Origin: Azolla caroliniana
Lineage: Eukaryota; Plantae; Polypodiophyta
Length of the DNA: 64,000 nucleotides
Reading direction: 5' to 3'
Assembly: GCA_043228905.1 (NCBI GenBank)
Contig: JBHGNT010000008.1
Span: 7,006,001 to 7,070,000 of the forward strand
Part shown: piece after piece, positions 38,040 to 52,267 of the stretch
Position numbering within the stretch: position 1 is the first letter of the stretch
Layout: each line of letters opens with the position of its first letter
Made by a program: the position numbers and the translations under genes
The notes under the pieces: model-generated
Seen by the model: only the letters and a program-made list of their open reading frames with translations
Databases searched by the model: none
Told to the model about the DNA's origin: nothing

Positions 38040-38450
38040 CTATATATGGTTAGATTATTGAACATGGAACATTATTGGTATATATAATTACATCATGTGA
38101 TTAAGACCATTGGACATGGAAAATGATTGGTATATATGACCAGATCGTAGTATATGGTTAAGACTATTGAACATGCAAACTGTATATCTATCTGTAAACC
38201 ACCATCATTCATGGTTAACTACTGAGAATGGAATGGTATCTCTATTTATAATCATTGGTATATATGCTTTTGAACATGGAACACTTCCTCTTTCTATGGC
38301 CATATTGGATTTGGTTATGACTATTGAATACCGTAATTAACACTCCTTCTAGGATCACATCATCCTATATGCTTAAACATTGAAAATGGAACATCCCCTT
38401 TATGTATGACCACAACATCATATACATTGAAACTAATGAAAATGGATATT
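38040..38450. repeat. Degenerate minisatellite (~55-60-bp period)
   Basis: Recurrent core (T)GGTTAAGACTATTGAACATGGAA, about 7 diverged copies. Confidence 0.6.
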
Positions 38451-38813
38451 TTTCAAATTTAGAAATGTAGGGGATGATGATCAAGTCGGTTGTGAGGAGA
38501 GGCTAGATTGCTTACATCATATTCTTAATGTATGTGACTTGATTAACAAGATTGGCATCTACTTGTCTTTTGTGCACTTGGCATTGTGTTGGAAATGTTT
38601 ATTAGCATGAATACCATAAGTTCATCTAGTTGGTCATGATTGTCTTGGCTTGCAAGATAAAATATACAATCAAGTCACAAGGTCAAAATATTTATAATTG
38701 ATTGTATTAATGGCTCTTAGTGGCCTTGATGTGATTTTCTCTTTAGTACAAGAAGTGTCCATTGCCTCGTTTGTGTTTGATGAGGGCCTTTAAATATGGG
38801 TTGGTTGTGTTAC

Positions 38814-38921
38814 GTGCATAACCATAATTGATCATGAAATAGGTTTTCCATAGTTTTCCCTAAACTTGTGCATAACCATAATTGATCATGAAATAGGTTT
38901 TCCATAGTTTTCCCTAAACTT
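38814..38921. repeat. Perfect 54-bp tandem duplication
   Basis: GTGCATAACCATAATTGATCATGAAATAGGTTTTCCATAGTTTTCCCTAAACTT x2. Confidence 0.9.
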
Positions 38922-39844
38922 ATGATAAGTACGCACATGTTAATTTTGAAAGGAACAAGGTTATGGATTGTAATATTCAATTCTAGAGCATGGGATAACT
39001 ATTAAGTGTGTTATCATTTGATCACTTCACATAAAGTGGCCTAGGGTTTATGTCTATATAATAATGCTAGCTACCTTCTTTTTCAAGGGGCTTGACTTAT
39101 GTTCAGACTATGACAGTGTGGTTGTGGTTCTTGTTAGCTAAGCATATGTGATCCTCACAAGACCCAAGGTACGACTTGCATCAAGCCTTGATAGTAGGAG
39201 ACATCGAGGAGGTTTAGGTTCGTCTCACGCCATTACTAGGGGGTGGTCGGGTAGTTTGCCACCTCTCTTTCCTTTCTTTGGTCTACATTTCCTTATGTTT
39301 TGCTTAATTAACTAGTTAGACTCTTAATAATTAGTATCAAAGCACATTAATTTTTTTTCATATTTTCATTTGTTTTTTTGTGATCCTTGGAGCAACAATC
39401 GAGGTGTGACCTCTCGATCCAGGAACAAGTGGAGCATAAAATTGCGGTATCTATAAAAAATAAATCCTCTTGTCTTTCTCATCATATGTTCTTTATGATT
39501 GTGTGTTACAACTTACAACTATGCCGCATAGTTTATGTGTGTTTGAGTGCTCTAATTTGTATTCCGTGTGGGATTACCTATACATTGGTGTGTGTGTGGT
39601 TGCGTTTTTGTATCCGTATTTTTTATCTCCTTGGACAATTTGTTTGGTTTTTCGCACCAAGCTAAGTTTGATGAGAATTACCTCGCTAAAATAGGTGATA
39701 TATATACATATCTACTCATGTAGGTACATGGGTGTGCTTTTTTCTAGTTGATAGCGATGAGTACATGTATAGATCTTCCTAATGCACAATAGTGTTTTCT
39801 CTTAGTGGGGTATGATCTATATAAATGTCTATCCATAGCTCCCA

Positions 39845-40906
39845 CTAGTGTTTTCTCTTAGTGGGAGTTAGATGGAACGATGCACTAGAGTCCACTACCC
39901 AAGAGCACTCAGCATTTGCAAGGTTCACACTAGCTTGTTCACAAATAAATAACATCTCTTCTTCACTGGTTGCAATGGTTGAGGTGTTTTTATCATCAGA
40001 ATATTTTCTGGGTTCGACCTCATCAACCATGCCTTCGTCCTTCCTAAGGTGTCGACAATTCTTTTGGAAGTGACCAGGCTTCCCACGATAGAAGCCTGTA
40101 GGTCTTCCTCTAGATTTCGACCTATCATAAGACTTATCTCTATTTTCAAGACTTCTGTGTTTGCTTCTTCCTCTACTAAGTTCTTGTGTCACATTGGCTT
40201 CTGATTATATCCTTCCTTTCTATAGGCTCATACAGATATTTGACTATTAAAAGATCTTCCATTTTGATCTTCTAATCTGAGTAGCTTTGTGAGTTCAAGA
40301 CAAACATCCCCGGAAAACCACTCACACTCCCTTCCATCTAGAACCTAGGCTCTGATACCAATTTGATAGATTTTGTACTCAGACGTAAAACCACAGATAT
40401 ATTGAGACACAAGTAAACGAAACAAGCAACACACGGTTTATGTGGAAAACCCTAATTCCAAGGAAAACCCACAGTGTACAAAGATTTTCACTATGAGATA
40501 AAGAAAATATAAGCTTAGAATGATAGAACCTGATTGAGATTGAGTATGGAGGTACTCCAAGGTTGTTGTTTGAAACCACAGTTTCAGTCAGGGATTCCAA
40601 ACCCTAACTCGTTGGTGTTTGTTTACCTCTTTCGAAGCTTTTAGAGCTTCTCTGTTCTATCTCTCTTCTCTTCTCTGTTTCACCCCTCTTTTCTTCTTTT
40701 TCTTCAGAAGCTGTAGAGCTATGTCTCTCAGACAACCACCACCGTGTCAACACTTTGTTCTTCTTCCCTACGCTACGTTCTCTTTCACGCGCTCACTGGC
40801 AACGTTCACTCTCACACTTCTCTCACTGTTATATTCTCAGTTCGTTTGTTCTTCTCCCACATACATATGCAAGTAATACCACTATGTCTATATATACTAA
40901 CCTAAC

Positions 40907-40949
<43 letters not shown>

Positions 40950-41069
40950 TATATGTATATATATATTCATCCATTTGGCCGAGTCTTGTTTTCGGCTTTC
41001 CGGCCGATTTCGGCCAGCTGAGTCTAGTTTCAGCTTTCCGACTCCCCCATAAGGAGGGACAATCTTACA
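39845..41069 (-). mobile_element. Truncated copia: LTR, PBS and internally deleted gag/protease
   Basis: Candidate LTR 40364-41069 (minus TGTAAGATT...AATCTATCA). PBS TGGTATCAGAGC at 40349-40360. KMEDLLIVK joined almost directly to RGRS..GKPGHFQKNC, then WVVDSSASFH. Confidence 0.75.
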
Positions 41070-42029
41070 TAACAATCAGGGCTGAAACCCAATATCGACA
41101 AGAAAATCGACGAGACCCTCAATTCCAAGGAGGATCCCGATTTAAACGAAACCCTAATTGTTGTAGAGTTGAATTCCTATTTCAAAAGATTCAATAGACC
41201 CGACCACATTACTACAATTGAGGAGACCCTAATCAGACTTTTCAATTGCCGAGAGTAAATTCGGAACGATTAGAACCCATTATGTAAATAATACTAGTAT
41301 GCAGGACAGATGTTTCTTGCATCAACACAGAAGGACACAAAAGAGTACAAGAAGAAGATGATGAGGCCATCAGAGTCTGATATGTATATTAAGAGGAATC
41401 AGAGGAGAAAGAAGGACACTGATGCGAACTCTTTCTATCTCCACTAATCTTCTTTGGTGCCAGCCATGGGTCTGTCTCTGTTATATTGCCATCGCCAATG
41501 ATCAGGGAAATCAGACCACTCCCTCGTACGTGGCCTTCAGAGATATATATATACACACAGACACAAACAGAGATATTAGACATAAGAGTTTGAAGAAAGA
41601 TAGAGAAACAGGTAAAATAGTAGATAATACTAGAGAAACAAAGAAACCGAGAAGTACTAGACAAAGTGAAGTTAGAATAAATATATAGCGAGACAACGAG
41701 AAGAAAGAAAGTAACATATTGTGGTGTGCACGCGTTCCTTTGTGTCACCCTTTTTTTAACATGCATGTGGCTATGCTAAGCCAACCCACCCTTTTAGCAC
41801 GCATATAGCTAAGCCAACCCAAATGGGTACCTTTGTGTATCCACTTTAAATCGAGCAAGACGTAAGACATTAAGTGGGTTGGTTTTAATCTCTTTATGTG
41901 CATTCCACATATTGGTGGAGAAGCGGGGTAGAACTTTAGCTGCTAACACCTCATTCATGGCGTCCCAACTGCCTCCCGTCGCCTTTGAAGCCGAGACCCC
42001 TATGTAGTCAACAGTTCTCGTAGGCTCTT

Positions 42030-42790
42030 GAGCAGCCAACCCCCTTCCAAATGGAGTAGCTCCTGCAGGTCTTCTCCAATGCCATACTTCAAATTAGTCA
42101 CACGAATCAAGCTATGCTCTCCTTCCTCTTCGCTAACATTGAACAACCTCAAGAATGGTCAGATTCGAAGGCCCGCCCGAAGTCCTTCTCCAGCTTTCCC
42201 TCTAAGGATGTATTAGCTTGATTGGACCACTTTGAGATGATCTCTAGTTACCACTAATGGTCCGATGTACGCAAAGCTTTGGAAGCTCGCACCCTGTTCG
42301 AAAATGTCGTCACCACCTAGTACGTACAACAAGCAAGCGAAGTGACCGAGAACTAGGTAATCCTCCAAGATCTGCTCGTGCAAAACTTTGCCCATCAAAA
42401 TTCCGCTTAGACGTCGTTACAACAGATCCAAACATTGCAATAACAATCACATGAACTAGTTGGCCAATTTGGTGTTCGCCTAAATCAACTCTTTGTTCAC
42501 GCCAATCCTACTATGCCTGAGCATGCCAAGCTTTTATTCTTATGGCCCCGTTTATGCCATGACATCACCCGCCGCGCCCGAGGACCAAGGTACCAAGACA
42601 TTTAACGAAGCCATCCTCATCGCCCAATGCATCGAAGCTTGTACGCTATCCGACTCCCAACCACGTTTACAGGTCGCTCGCCGCAACTTCCCAATCACGA
42701 TGCCCAAGGGTCCCCAAAGTGCTTCTACTACAACAATTATGGACACGTTCAACCTCACTGTCGGAAATTGAAACAACAGTCTCACAAGCA
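42030..42790 (+). pseudogene. Decayed Ty3/gypsy-type gag fragment
   Basis: ARPKSFSSFPSKDVLA*LDHFE..WSDVRK, KTFNEAILIAQCIE and a degenerate knuckle CFYYNNYGHVQPHC, spread across frames. Confidence 0.55.
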
Positions 42791-44103
42791 ACAAGCCCAG
42801 ATAACCATACGCACACCTTCTCTCCTTCTCTCATACACACACACACACACCTCTAATCTACTTCCGCATCACATAATCATACACTTGATTATTTACATAT
42901 CCATGATCATGAACCGTAGTAATAACTACTTTTAACAACTTGTTTGGTTCAATTTTGTTTGTTCTCTTATACGAACGTTCGTTGGTCACCAAACCTTTTG
43001 GAATGTAAAGCTTTGAATATACCTAGTTGCAATTTATAGCTAAATAAATATAATTGTATCATCTCAAGGTGCGCACCGCCGAGAGCATGTTTGATCAACG
43101 GAGTTCTTCCTCTGCATCAATGTTGTGAGCAAAGGATTTAGACCATTGTATACCCTATTGTAGCAAATTGGGGCAAGCTTGGTTGGCAATCACTCGTGAG
43201 CCATTAGTTATCAACCCTAAACTCACAAACTCTCGCTCTCACTGTCTTGCATTAACCCCTCGATTAAGACTAAGTCCGTCCCAAGAAGAGCTTAGAAAGT
43301 AAACATGTACATAGATATGTAAAGACAAACACTATGTACTAATGCTGAACTTTCACGATTAACATAAGATTCACAATACACATATAAAAAGGAGGAGCTA
43401 TTAAGGTATAACTATTTAGTCCTTAACCTTAAGATTAAGAAAGGGGATGAGAGAGCTCAATCTTAAGTTGTAAGGAGAGAAAAAACTCTAGGGGGAAGAA
43501 GAGCTACCAAACTCACCACAAATGACGTTTATAGCTTTTACAAGGAAGTTTGGCCTGTTTCAGAGTTATGCCTACGTTGATGCCAATGCCTTCATGAATC
43601 ATGTTATGTACATGAAGTACTTAACAATTATCCATTTATACAAGAAGCCTCGACAAAGTATTAGCCTTAGGGTAGTTATGGACGTCATGTTATACATCAT
43701 TTGCTATCATTGTTTTCTTGATCCACCTATTTCGTTAAAGAAGATTCTCTAATAATATGTTTCTAGAAATGCCTAGAAGCATATTGTTAGAGAATCATGA
43801 TCGTTTTCAAGGTTGAGCACATCCTTAATTGATCCTGGTGAACAATTGTCTTTAGGTACTTTCATTATTCTCATTGACCTTGAAGGGTTCATTAACTTTA
43901 ATCAAGGCGAATCTCTCATCACTTTCCCACAACCCCACTTTCATGATTTTGGATATTCTCATTTCAATCACTATTAACAGAGGAATCATGTTCAATAGTA
44001 TAGTTAACCTTGAAAAAATGAGCTACGAGATCATAGTGCTTGGGCCATTAATAAAGTTTCAAAATAAATGTTTGCATGCTGTAAATTGTGTTAAATTCCC
44101 CCG

Positions 44104-44190
44104 TGTGTGTATAAATATATATGTATATATGTGTGTGTGTGTGTGTGTGTATACATACATACATACATACATACATACATACATACATAC
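44104..44190. repeat. Compound microsatellite (TG)n(TACA)n
   Basis: Directly visible. Confidence 0.9.
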
Positions 44191-46068
44191 TTGTTAGCGT
44201 GTTCAACAATAATTACATTATGAAGCATTATGTAAAACCATTTGCTTTAGACATTATATGAGAAACTTATACCTCCAACTAAGTAGTGCTCCTTAATACA
44301 TGAACTCTCTTTAAATACATAAGTGTATATATAATTAATGTTATAAAAAATTGGTCTTTGGTTTAATTAAACAGAAGCTCTTTTTTAATTATAATCGTCA
44401 TATTCATTAAAAATGTGCTTGCAAATTGTGATGTTATGAGAACACTAATCAACATCAACTTGCATGAAACAAACAAACAAACAAATGTATAAAAATCACT
44501 AAGATTGTATAAAGAAAGTACATTAACATATGTACGGACAATTTTACAAGACTTCACATATACTCAAAGGGAGGGGAAAATGTCGAAAATAGTAAGAAAT
44601 TTGATGGATCTCCATACATAGTTGTAAATATCTCGGATTTTCATGGTTCACTAGTCATACTATACACGGAAGGGAGGAATAACCAACAATTTGCTTTGGC
44701 CTAGGTACTGTACAATTCTAAACATTTTTATGGTTAAATATAGGGAGAGCCCTTCAAAATTCTGGTTAATATAAAAAACTACCCGTTTAAATGTTTGAAA
44801 TATCAATTCTAACCCCAAGGGAAAAGAGTATTCGAGACAACATGCATTGAGTGTCAATTTGGTTGATAAATTAGCTTCGGTAACCAGATATGGTCCCCTA
44901 AATGGCATCAAGAGTTGGCAAATGAATTGGTTTCTAAAGAGTGAAAAGTACGTCGTACACTATTGTTTGCCATTCATTTAATGAATGCTAGTAATGTCTA
45001 GGTGATCATAATGCCAACTTCACAACAAGGATGCCAAGTTGTACCACTTTTTGTTTTCCACATGTATGTTTTAAATGGCTCCATCACATGCCTATGTCAT
45101 GAAATCCTAGACCATAAAGTTTTGAGGTCAACATCAAGTGTATGGACCCATACTTTAACACATTACAAACTCAAGTAGGGCTTTTGCATGTGGTTCTAGA
45201 GCCCAATACATCGTAAATTCTGGAACATCCGATTATCGCATATACGTGGTCTAGGTCCACATGATGATCTGTTTTTGTATGTTATGCACGTAGTAAAGTA
45301 CACTTTGTTAAAGAAAGGCAAGCAAGTTGCGAGTAAAATAGCTTAGTCTTTCCAAAATAGAACGTTTTCATTAATGAAGAAAAGTAACAAGAGAGCAAAG
45401 AAAGTGCAAATATAATTAATACTTAGTCGTCCATCATGACAAACCTCTCAAGCATGCCATCGATATGTAGGCATTTATCGAGTAAAAAAAGCATAATATG
45501 AGAATGGCTACGAAAGTTCTCATTCAAGGGTGTAAAAGATCCGCCCACTCCCCCCTCCTTTTTTACAAAAGCAAAGGAAAGAAAGTGAACAAGAGTTGGC
45601 ATGGTAAATATGACACGGATAGTGGGGAGGTATGTGTGTCTCGAGCACGTAATGTTGTGTCCATGCCAGCTGTTTTAATACATACATGATTCGGGCAGAT
45701 CGAGGAACTCACACAGTGAATCCATGTGTGCATGCGATCCTTTACACGGGAGATGTGATGCATACATCGTGCCTCACATGACCGAGGCAAATAAGAGGCG
45801 GCATTCAATCCGTTAGCCTCTAGTGAAAGGGACCACCCAGGGCAAGGGGGGGGGGGGGCAAGAGGCGGGGCTAAGGAAGGTGCTCTAACGGGGCGGAAAG
45901 GAAGGGAAGAAAAGGCCGTGCAAAAGAAACACCGAAGAATTGGGCGGCTTCGGGTGCGAGCCGAGCCGAGCCGAGCCACGTGATGCTCGAGTTGCTAGGG
46001 GTTTCCACTGAAAAGAGAGTAAGAATGGCCCCAAAAAACTCCTCTAAAAAACAAAGAGGAAGTAAGAA

Positions 46069-46099
<31 letters not shown>

Positions 46100-46204
46100 T
46101 CCCCTACACAAAAAACAGAGTAGGCCAAAAACAGAGTAAAAATTGAAGAAAAACAGAGGAACAGAGTATGTATGTACATAGTAGAGCCCACAGAGAGCTA
46201 TGAA

Positions 46205-46211
46205 CAGAGAC

Positions 46212-46253
<42 letters not shown>

Positions 46254-46376
46254 GAATTCAATTCAATTCAATTCAATTGACTTCGTCTCCTCATGGAAAC
46301 TCTGAGAGATTGAGAGACTGAGAGACAGAGACAGAGAGACAGAGACAGAGAGACAGAGACTGAGAGAGAGAGACAG
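46205..46376. repeat. GA/GAGACA and AATTC microsatellites in the 5' region of the SDR gene
   Basis: Directly visible. Confidence 0.85.
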
Positions 46377-46400
46377 ATTATCTTGGTCTCCGCCTCCGCC

Positions 46401-49400
46401 ATGGCTATGGAGATGGGTTGGATGGATTGGGCCTCCGCCTGGGCTCATATCACCTCTCAGACGCTTCTGCAGAGAGCCCTGACATGGCACCTCCCTCCAC
46501 GCATCGCCCTCCCTTCCTCCTCCTCCATCGCTGGCCTCACCTTCATCATCACTGGCTCCACCAGCGGAATCGGCCTCGAAACAGCACGGTAACCATGTCA
46601 ATATGCTCGCATCTGACCTCCATCTTGCGCCATTCTCCTTCTCCTTCTCCTTCTTTATAGTACAGTATGCACATCACGATCTTGATCTCCAAGTCCTTTC
46701 GAGTCCTGATAGAACTTTGTCTCTTAGACACCTCCATTCCCTCACACCTGCACTCGGGCCGATTATTCTGGCTTCATTTTCCAATTTTGTTTCTTCTCCT
46801 TCTTCTTCAACTTGAGCTATTTTTTCCCAACCTTTCTTTAATCTTGTCTCTTCCAAGAAAAAGATGGCAGTCTTTCCTCAAAGCTTGGGGGTCTTTAGTG
46901 TCTCTTAAATCATTCTGATTTCGATTTTGGTATCATTGCTTGGAGAGAAACACCAGCACTATCGATTTCTTTTGCATTGTATACCTCGGACTCATATAGC
47001 CCAGTTTCTTGGCTACATCCATTCTGCATACTGTGCTTTGTACTTCACATCAGAATTAGGCCGCATTGCATTGCGATTCTCAAGGAGTTTAAACAGTATG
47101 GAAAGAAGAAAAAGAGACGTTTGACTCTGAAAGTTAGACTGCAAAAAAAATAAAAACTGTTAATTTGAGCAAGCAGTAGTTCGTTCTCCTTACTTGATCA
47201 ATGCTTATTTACATAATAGTTCTTTTTTTTTTGTTTGAATCTGGATAGAGAAGATTAGCCTTTCAAATTCAGAAACATGTGACTACATTGTTCTAACTAG
47301 TTCATCTTTGTTTGGGTTAGACAACTGGCTGAGGCAGGCGCTAATGTTGTGCTAGCATGTCGCAACATTGCAATGGCACAAAGGTTAATACATGAATGGG
47401 AAGCGGACCTTTCTCGACAATTGTCCGTGGAGGTTAGTGACATGCCTTTTTTAATGTTCCTGTACATATTTGTTTGATGCTGTGTTAATCGTGTTCTATT
47501 ACAAATGGGTCATATTTCACCCCCAAGGGTTATAAAAAAGTCCCTCCCTCCATCTCCTCGATCCATCAATCCATCGACCCATCGATCCATCTATCTATGT
47601 ATAATGTGCACAGTCAATTGAAATGCTTATCTGTAAAATTGGTGAGCATGCAGAGAGAGTCACTTCTAAACTCCGCAGGTAATACGTATATGTTTTATAG
47701 TAATTTTTATGCATGAGTATGTCCAACATGTGGTTTAAGTGCACCTCCCCTAAGTGGATCGTATTGATATTGCGTGTCAATTTTTGGTCCCATATGCTTT
47801 ACACCCAGTTTGTGGAAGTAAAATGGACTTTTATTCTGTGTTTGCCAAGCAAGCCTCTAGCCAAAAAACGTTTAAAAGTTGAGAACTTGCTGCATTGTGA
47901 AATATTTGCAATTCGTTGTGATTGAACTAAGTTCCAATAACACCTGCATGTTCTCTTCATCAACCCTAGATGACAATTCACATAAGTTTCCCCTTATCAA
48001 GAGTTCTTTGTACATGTGAACCACAAGCTCTAATGCAACACATCAGCATTAGAATCTTATTCCGGACTATCTGTGATATTTCGGTATTTGACATGATTAG
48101 AAAACGAGTAACACTTTACCTCAAACCTGATAGGCATGTTACACATTGTACCAGAAAAGCTAGGTAACCCCATCAAGTGACAACAATGTCCAAATGCATC
48201 TTGTTGTAAGGTCTTAGTCAAGGCATCTACAAGATTTTCTTAGGTAATGAACTTCTCAACACAAATGCACTCAGTGACTAGGTAATCTTGAATGAAGTTT
48301 TAACGCACCTCAAAATGCTTGGTCTTTGCATGATAGAATGAGTTCTCTTTGCCAAGGCTGACACAAAGTAACTTAGGTACATGCTGAGGTATGCCCATCT
48401 CAGATGCTTGTCTAGAAATCTACAATGTTTCCGTACATGCCTCACTAGTAGCCACATACTTTGCTTCTGTGTGAATGATGATACATTCTTGAAGATGAGA
48501 TCTCCAAGCAATAGCACCTAAAGTGAAAGGTATACCCTGAAGTAGACTTTCTGTTTTCTAAACATCAAACATAGGGCGAGTCCCTGTATCCAGTAATTAA
48601 TGCATCACTTCCTACCACCCAAACATAGATACTTATCCTTAATGCCACTTAGATATCTCAATATCATCTCGACCAGTTCCCAATGCTTCCTGCCCAGGAT
48701 TTGACATGTGTATACAACAACTCCATCTGAAATGCAATGTCCAGTCTAGTAGCAACAATAGCCTACATAACACTACCAACAACAGACTGATAAGGAATCT
48801 TGGTCATGGATTTCTTTTCATAATCAAAATTGGGAGTGTCATTCGTACTTAGCCTTACATATGCTAGCAAGGGAGTAATCAATACCTTTATAGTCTGCAT
48901 ATTAACCAGTGGAGTACTATGGATATGTACTCGGACTGAGACAAATGTGCATCCCTTACTCCTATCATGAGTAACGCACATACCAAAAATATATCTTTCA
49001 TCTCCCAAATCTTTCATATAGTATCAAACATATGAAGTTGCCATCTTAACATCTCTTGGTGTAAAGACAATGATTCTCATTGCTCCTGGAATAATTATTG
49101 TAACAATAATCAATGTAAGCTTATAACTAGTCCTCCCAAACCACGCAAAACCAAGTGACAATGTCTCAGTGGTTAGTATTCTGCAAATTAAGCCATTACC
49201 TTTGAGAACAGAACCTGGATGGGGGATCTCCTCTAGAGGTGGTTTTTTTTTGCTGTTGAGTAGTTTCTACCGCACTCGTTTTTCCTGCTTAGCTCTAATA
49301 CCAGTGAAGGGTTCAGTGCTGTAAACCTTTTGAACCTCTGGGTACATGCATGCACAGGTGAGAAGCGATAGAGAAGAGCAGGAGGAGGAGAATCCCTAGC

Positions 49401-52267
49401 ATGCAGGTTTCACAATGGCAATCTCAACTCACAATTTGCTGCTGACCAGGCCACTATTTATATTAACCATAAAAGTTGAACACGATGTGTTCAATGGTCG
49501 TTTGGCCTTTCATACAGACATCATATATAACCTTACCTATAAAAGTCAGAGTGCTATAACCCATCATATTCAGAAATTGAAGGACTCCTTTGGGAGAAGA
49601 GTAGACCCAGTGTAGGTATCAAACCCAAAAGAAGGAGAAAGGATCAGGGTAGGGCCAGAGGGTGAAGGGTTATGTCATGCTATTGAATAAGTGGTGTCTG
49701 GAGTTTTCGCAAAATTACGTTTTATGATTACCATGTATGAAATTGAGTAGCATTGTGATGGAGGATGTCGGATATGGCATATTTTAAAGGTGATGGAGCT
49801 GAATCTGCTATCATTGTCATCAGTGAAGACATTTGCAGCTGCATGGGAGGCCCGACAGGCTCCTCTTCATGTTCTGATCAACAATGCAGGAATATTTTCC
49901 ATGTCTGGTAACGTTTCTTTATTTTCCCCAAATGTATAGATTTGTTGAGTAGTTATCCTGATTTTTGTGATACGAAATTGTATGTTTAGCTCCCCAGAGG
50001 TTTTCAGAAGATGGATACGAGGAGCATATGCAAGTTAATCATTTGGCACCTGCGCTCTTGACAATGTTGCTTCTGCCATCATTACATCGAGGTGCTCCAT
50101 CGCGGGTTATAAATCTAAACTCAGATGTAAGTGTGGAAATTTCCTTTGAAAATTTACTCGTCATTTTGGATTTAGGAAGTGAACAAGAAGCACCTTTTCA
50201 ATGCTGTTTTCTTTTCTTGTACGTTTGGAAATAGTGTGGCATCATTTTATAATGTTTTAGCATAAGACTTTTGGAATTGTGTACCATGATCATACAAAGT
50301 CCCTATCAGGATTCCTGTCAAGATGGATTCTGATCATCAAGGGTTATGCCTCATGATGTGAGGATGGCTGAAATTGCAGTAGTACTTTCACAAGAAAGTT
50401 TTTGTTTCATTTCATATTATAAACACAATTCTGTTTTGTAAATTAAAATGAAAACCTAAATATTACCTGTGGTTATATGTGTGTATATGTGTGTGTGTGT
50501 GTGTTTGTGTGTACATACACACAGACACACATATATTTACACATGTAATCTCTCTCTCTATATATATATGTACACATGCATGTAGAAGTGGGGCTTGATT
50601 TAGGTATTTTTTTAGTCTCTGAATTTTGAAGGTAATGAGAACAGAAATATGTACACCTAAGTTGTGCGAATGATTAAATATTCTAAACCCAGAGATTCAT
50701 GTGCTGGCACTGCGGTTGTAATTGATGATATGTACAATGGACGATATATCGGACTATATGTGCAAGAATATGTGATTCAAATGTTTTATATATTGACCTA
50801 GAGCATGTCACCTGTTGTAGGACAATGTCCATTCAGTACTAAATTGATACCTTACTAGAAAAACCAGCCCAGTATGATATAGAATGGAACAAACTCAACA
50901 ACCCCAAATCGTTTGTGATAGGAATTCCTTTTGAATCACTTCTTTCATTATTCTCTGGCATAGCTAGAACCTTGGAAATTGCAGAAAGTGCTATATTATC
51001 ATAGGGGATGTTGTCACAGATAATGATCTTACTCGTTGTTGGCTTGAAGGTGGTGGAATTGCTGCAAAATTTAATTCTCTGTTCATATGGTGCAGTCACA
51101 ACAATGCATGAGGGATTGGAAATTAGTAGAGGGGTGCTAAATCACACAACTAATTATCAGTTCTTGCTAGCAAGAAATACAAGTCACTTCCCCAGTCAAG
51201 TGTTTGGTTAAAAATCCGTAAGAGATCTTGGAGATTGTAGACTATATATGGATATCACTAAGTCTGAATTGAAATTATATTGTTTAAGCAGTCACCTGTG
51301 CATGGAAGAGACCAAATTACTTTGTTTGGAATTAGGTTTTGTGCTGTCTGATGATATTGCATTTTTATCTCCGATTTATATGTGCAGATGCAGTGTTTTG
51401 GCATTGTTGACCCCAATGATTTGCATTTTACAACTGGAAGCAGAAAATATAGTAACTTTGCTGCATACTCTGGAAGCAAAGCTGCTCAGGTAGGAACACT
51501 ATGATTGGAAATATAGAAGTTAGCTGTCAAGTGTGGAAGAAACTAAGATTCGGTTACGTTCTATATTTTATTTTACTATATATGGCAGATATTTTTTAGC
51601 AGTTTTCTACAGAATAAGCTACCAAATGACTCTACTGGCATATATATAATATGTGTCAACCCAGGGATTGTGAAAACAAATGTGGTATGCCTCTTATTTG
51701 AACTTTATTAACGTATGCACACTCATTATTTCTTTGGTTGCATATAAAAAATTTCATTGCAATTCCCAGATGTAATAAACTTCCTTAATTCCAGGTGAGG
51801 ACCCTGCCTAAATTTATTCAAGCAGCATATCATTTGCTCGCCTTTTTCTCACTGAGCCCACTTGAAGGTATAGATCATATATATGGAAAGATAACCGCTA
51901 ACTTGTGTGGTGTTTACCCATATTTTGGGGTTTTCCTTTGCGTACATTGCTGTTCAAACTTTCACCCTCATGCCTATATTTTATATATTATCATTTTGTT
52001 TTTGTGGCATTTCATTTAGGAGCAAGGAGTGTCCTATATTGTGCCACAGATCCACACGTGTTGAAATATGCAAATAGCTTAAGAGAGAAAGGATGGCCAC
52101 TATGTGCTTATTATTCATCAGACTGCAAGCCAATGGCTAGCGTTAGGAAAGTCAAGGATGTGAGGTATATGGCATCTAGAGTGTGGGAGAAGACACTTGA
52201 GGCCATTAGTCTTAAAAGCGAGCTTGTAGAAAAAATCATTGATGGAACTAATAAAATGACAATGTAG
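46401..52267 (+). CDS. FEY: Short-chain dehydrogenase/reductase, FOREVER YOUNG-like, 8 exons
   Basis: Exons 46401-46588, 47321-47432, 49790-49907, 49990-50126, 51388-51489, 51589-51684, 51795-51867, 52020-52267. Motifs GWMDW, TGSTSGIGLETARQLAEAGA, LINNAG, QVNHLAPALL, catalytic YSGSK and WPLCAYYSSDCKP match plant FEY as I recall it. Confidence 0.88.
47745..49660 (-). mobile_element. Internally deleted copia remnant in SDR intron 2
   Basis: MKDLGDERYIFG...KIPYQSVVGSVM (ORF 48763-49017), RNase H-like remains at ~48200-48500 and a PBS-like TGGTATTAGAGC at ~49291-49302. Outer boundaries uncertain. Confidence 0.65.

Noticed and set aside
38040-38450. CRISPR-like repeat-spacer array
   Set aside because: Eukaryotic context, degenerate repeats, spacers partly similar to one another, and no cas genes.
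43000-44050. Retroelement or LTR remnant resembling 540-700
   Set aside because: No definable termini, TSD or protein motif.
45871-46601. Poly-Gly and Ser-Leu repeat ORFs on the minus strand
   Set aside because: Translations of the C28 tract and GA microsatellites.
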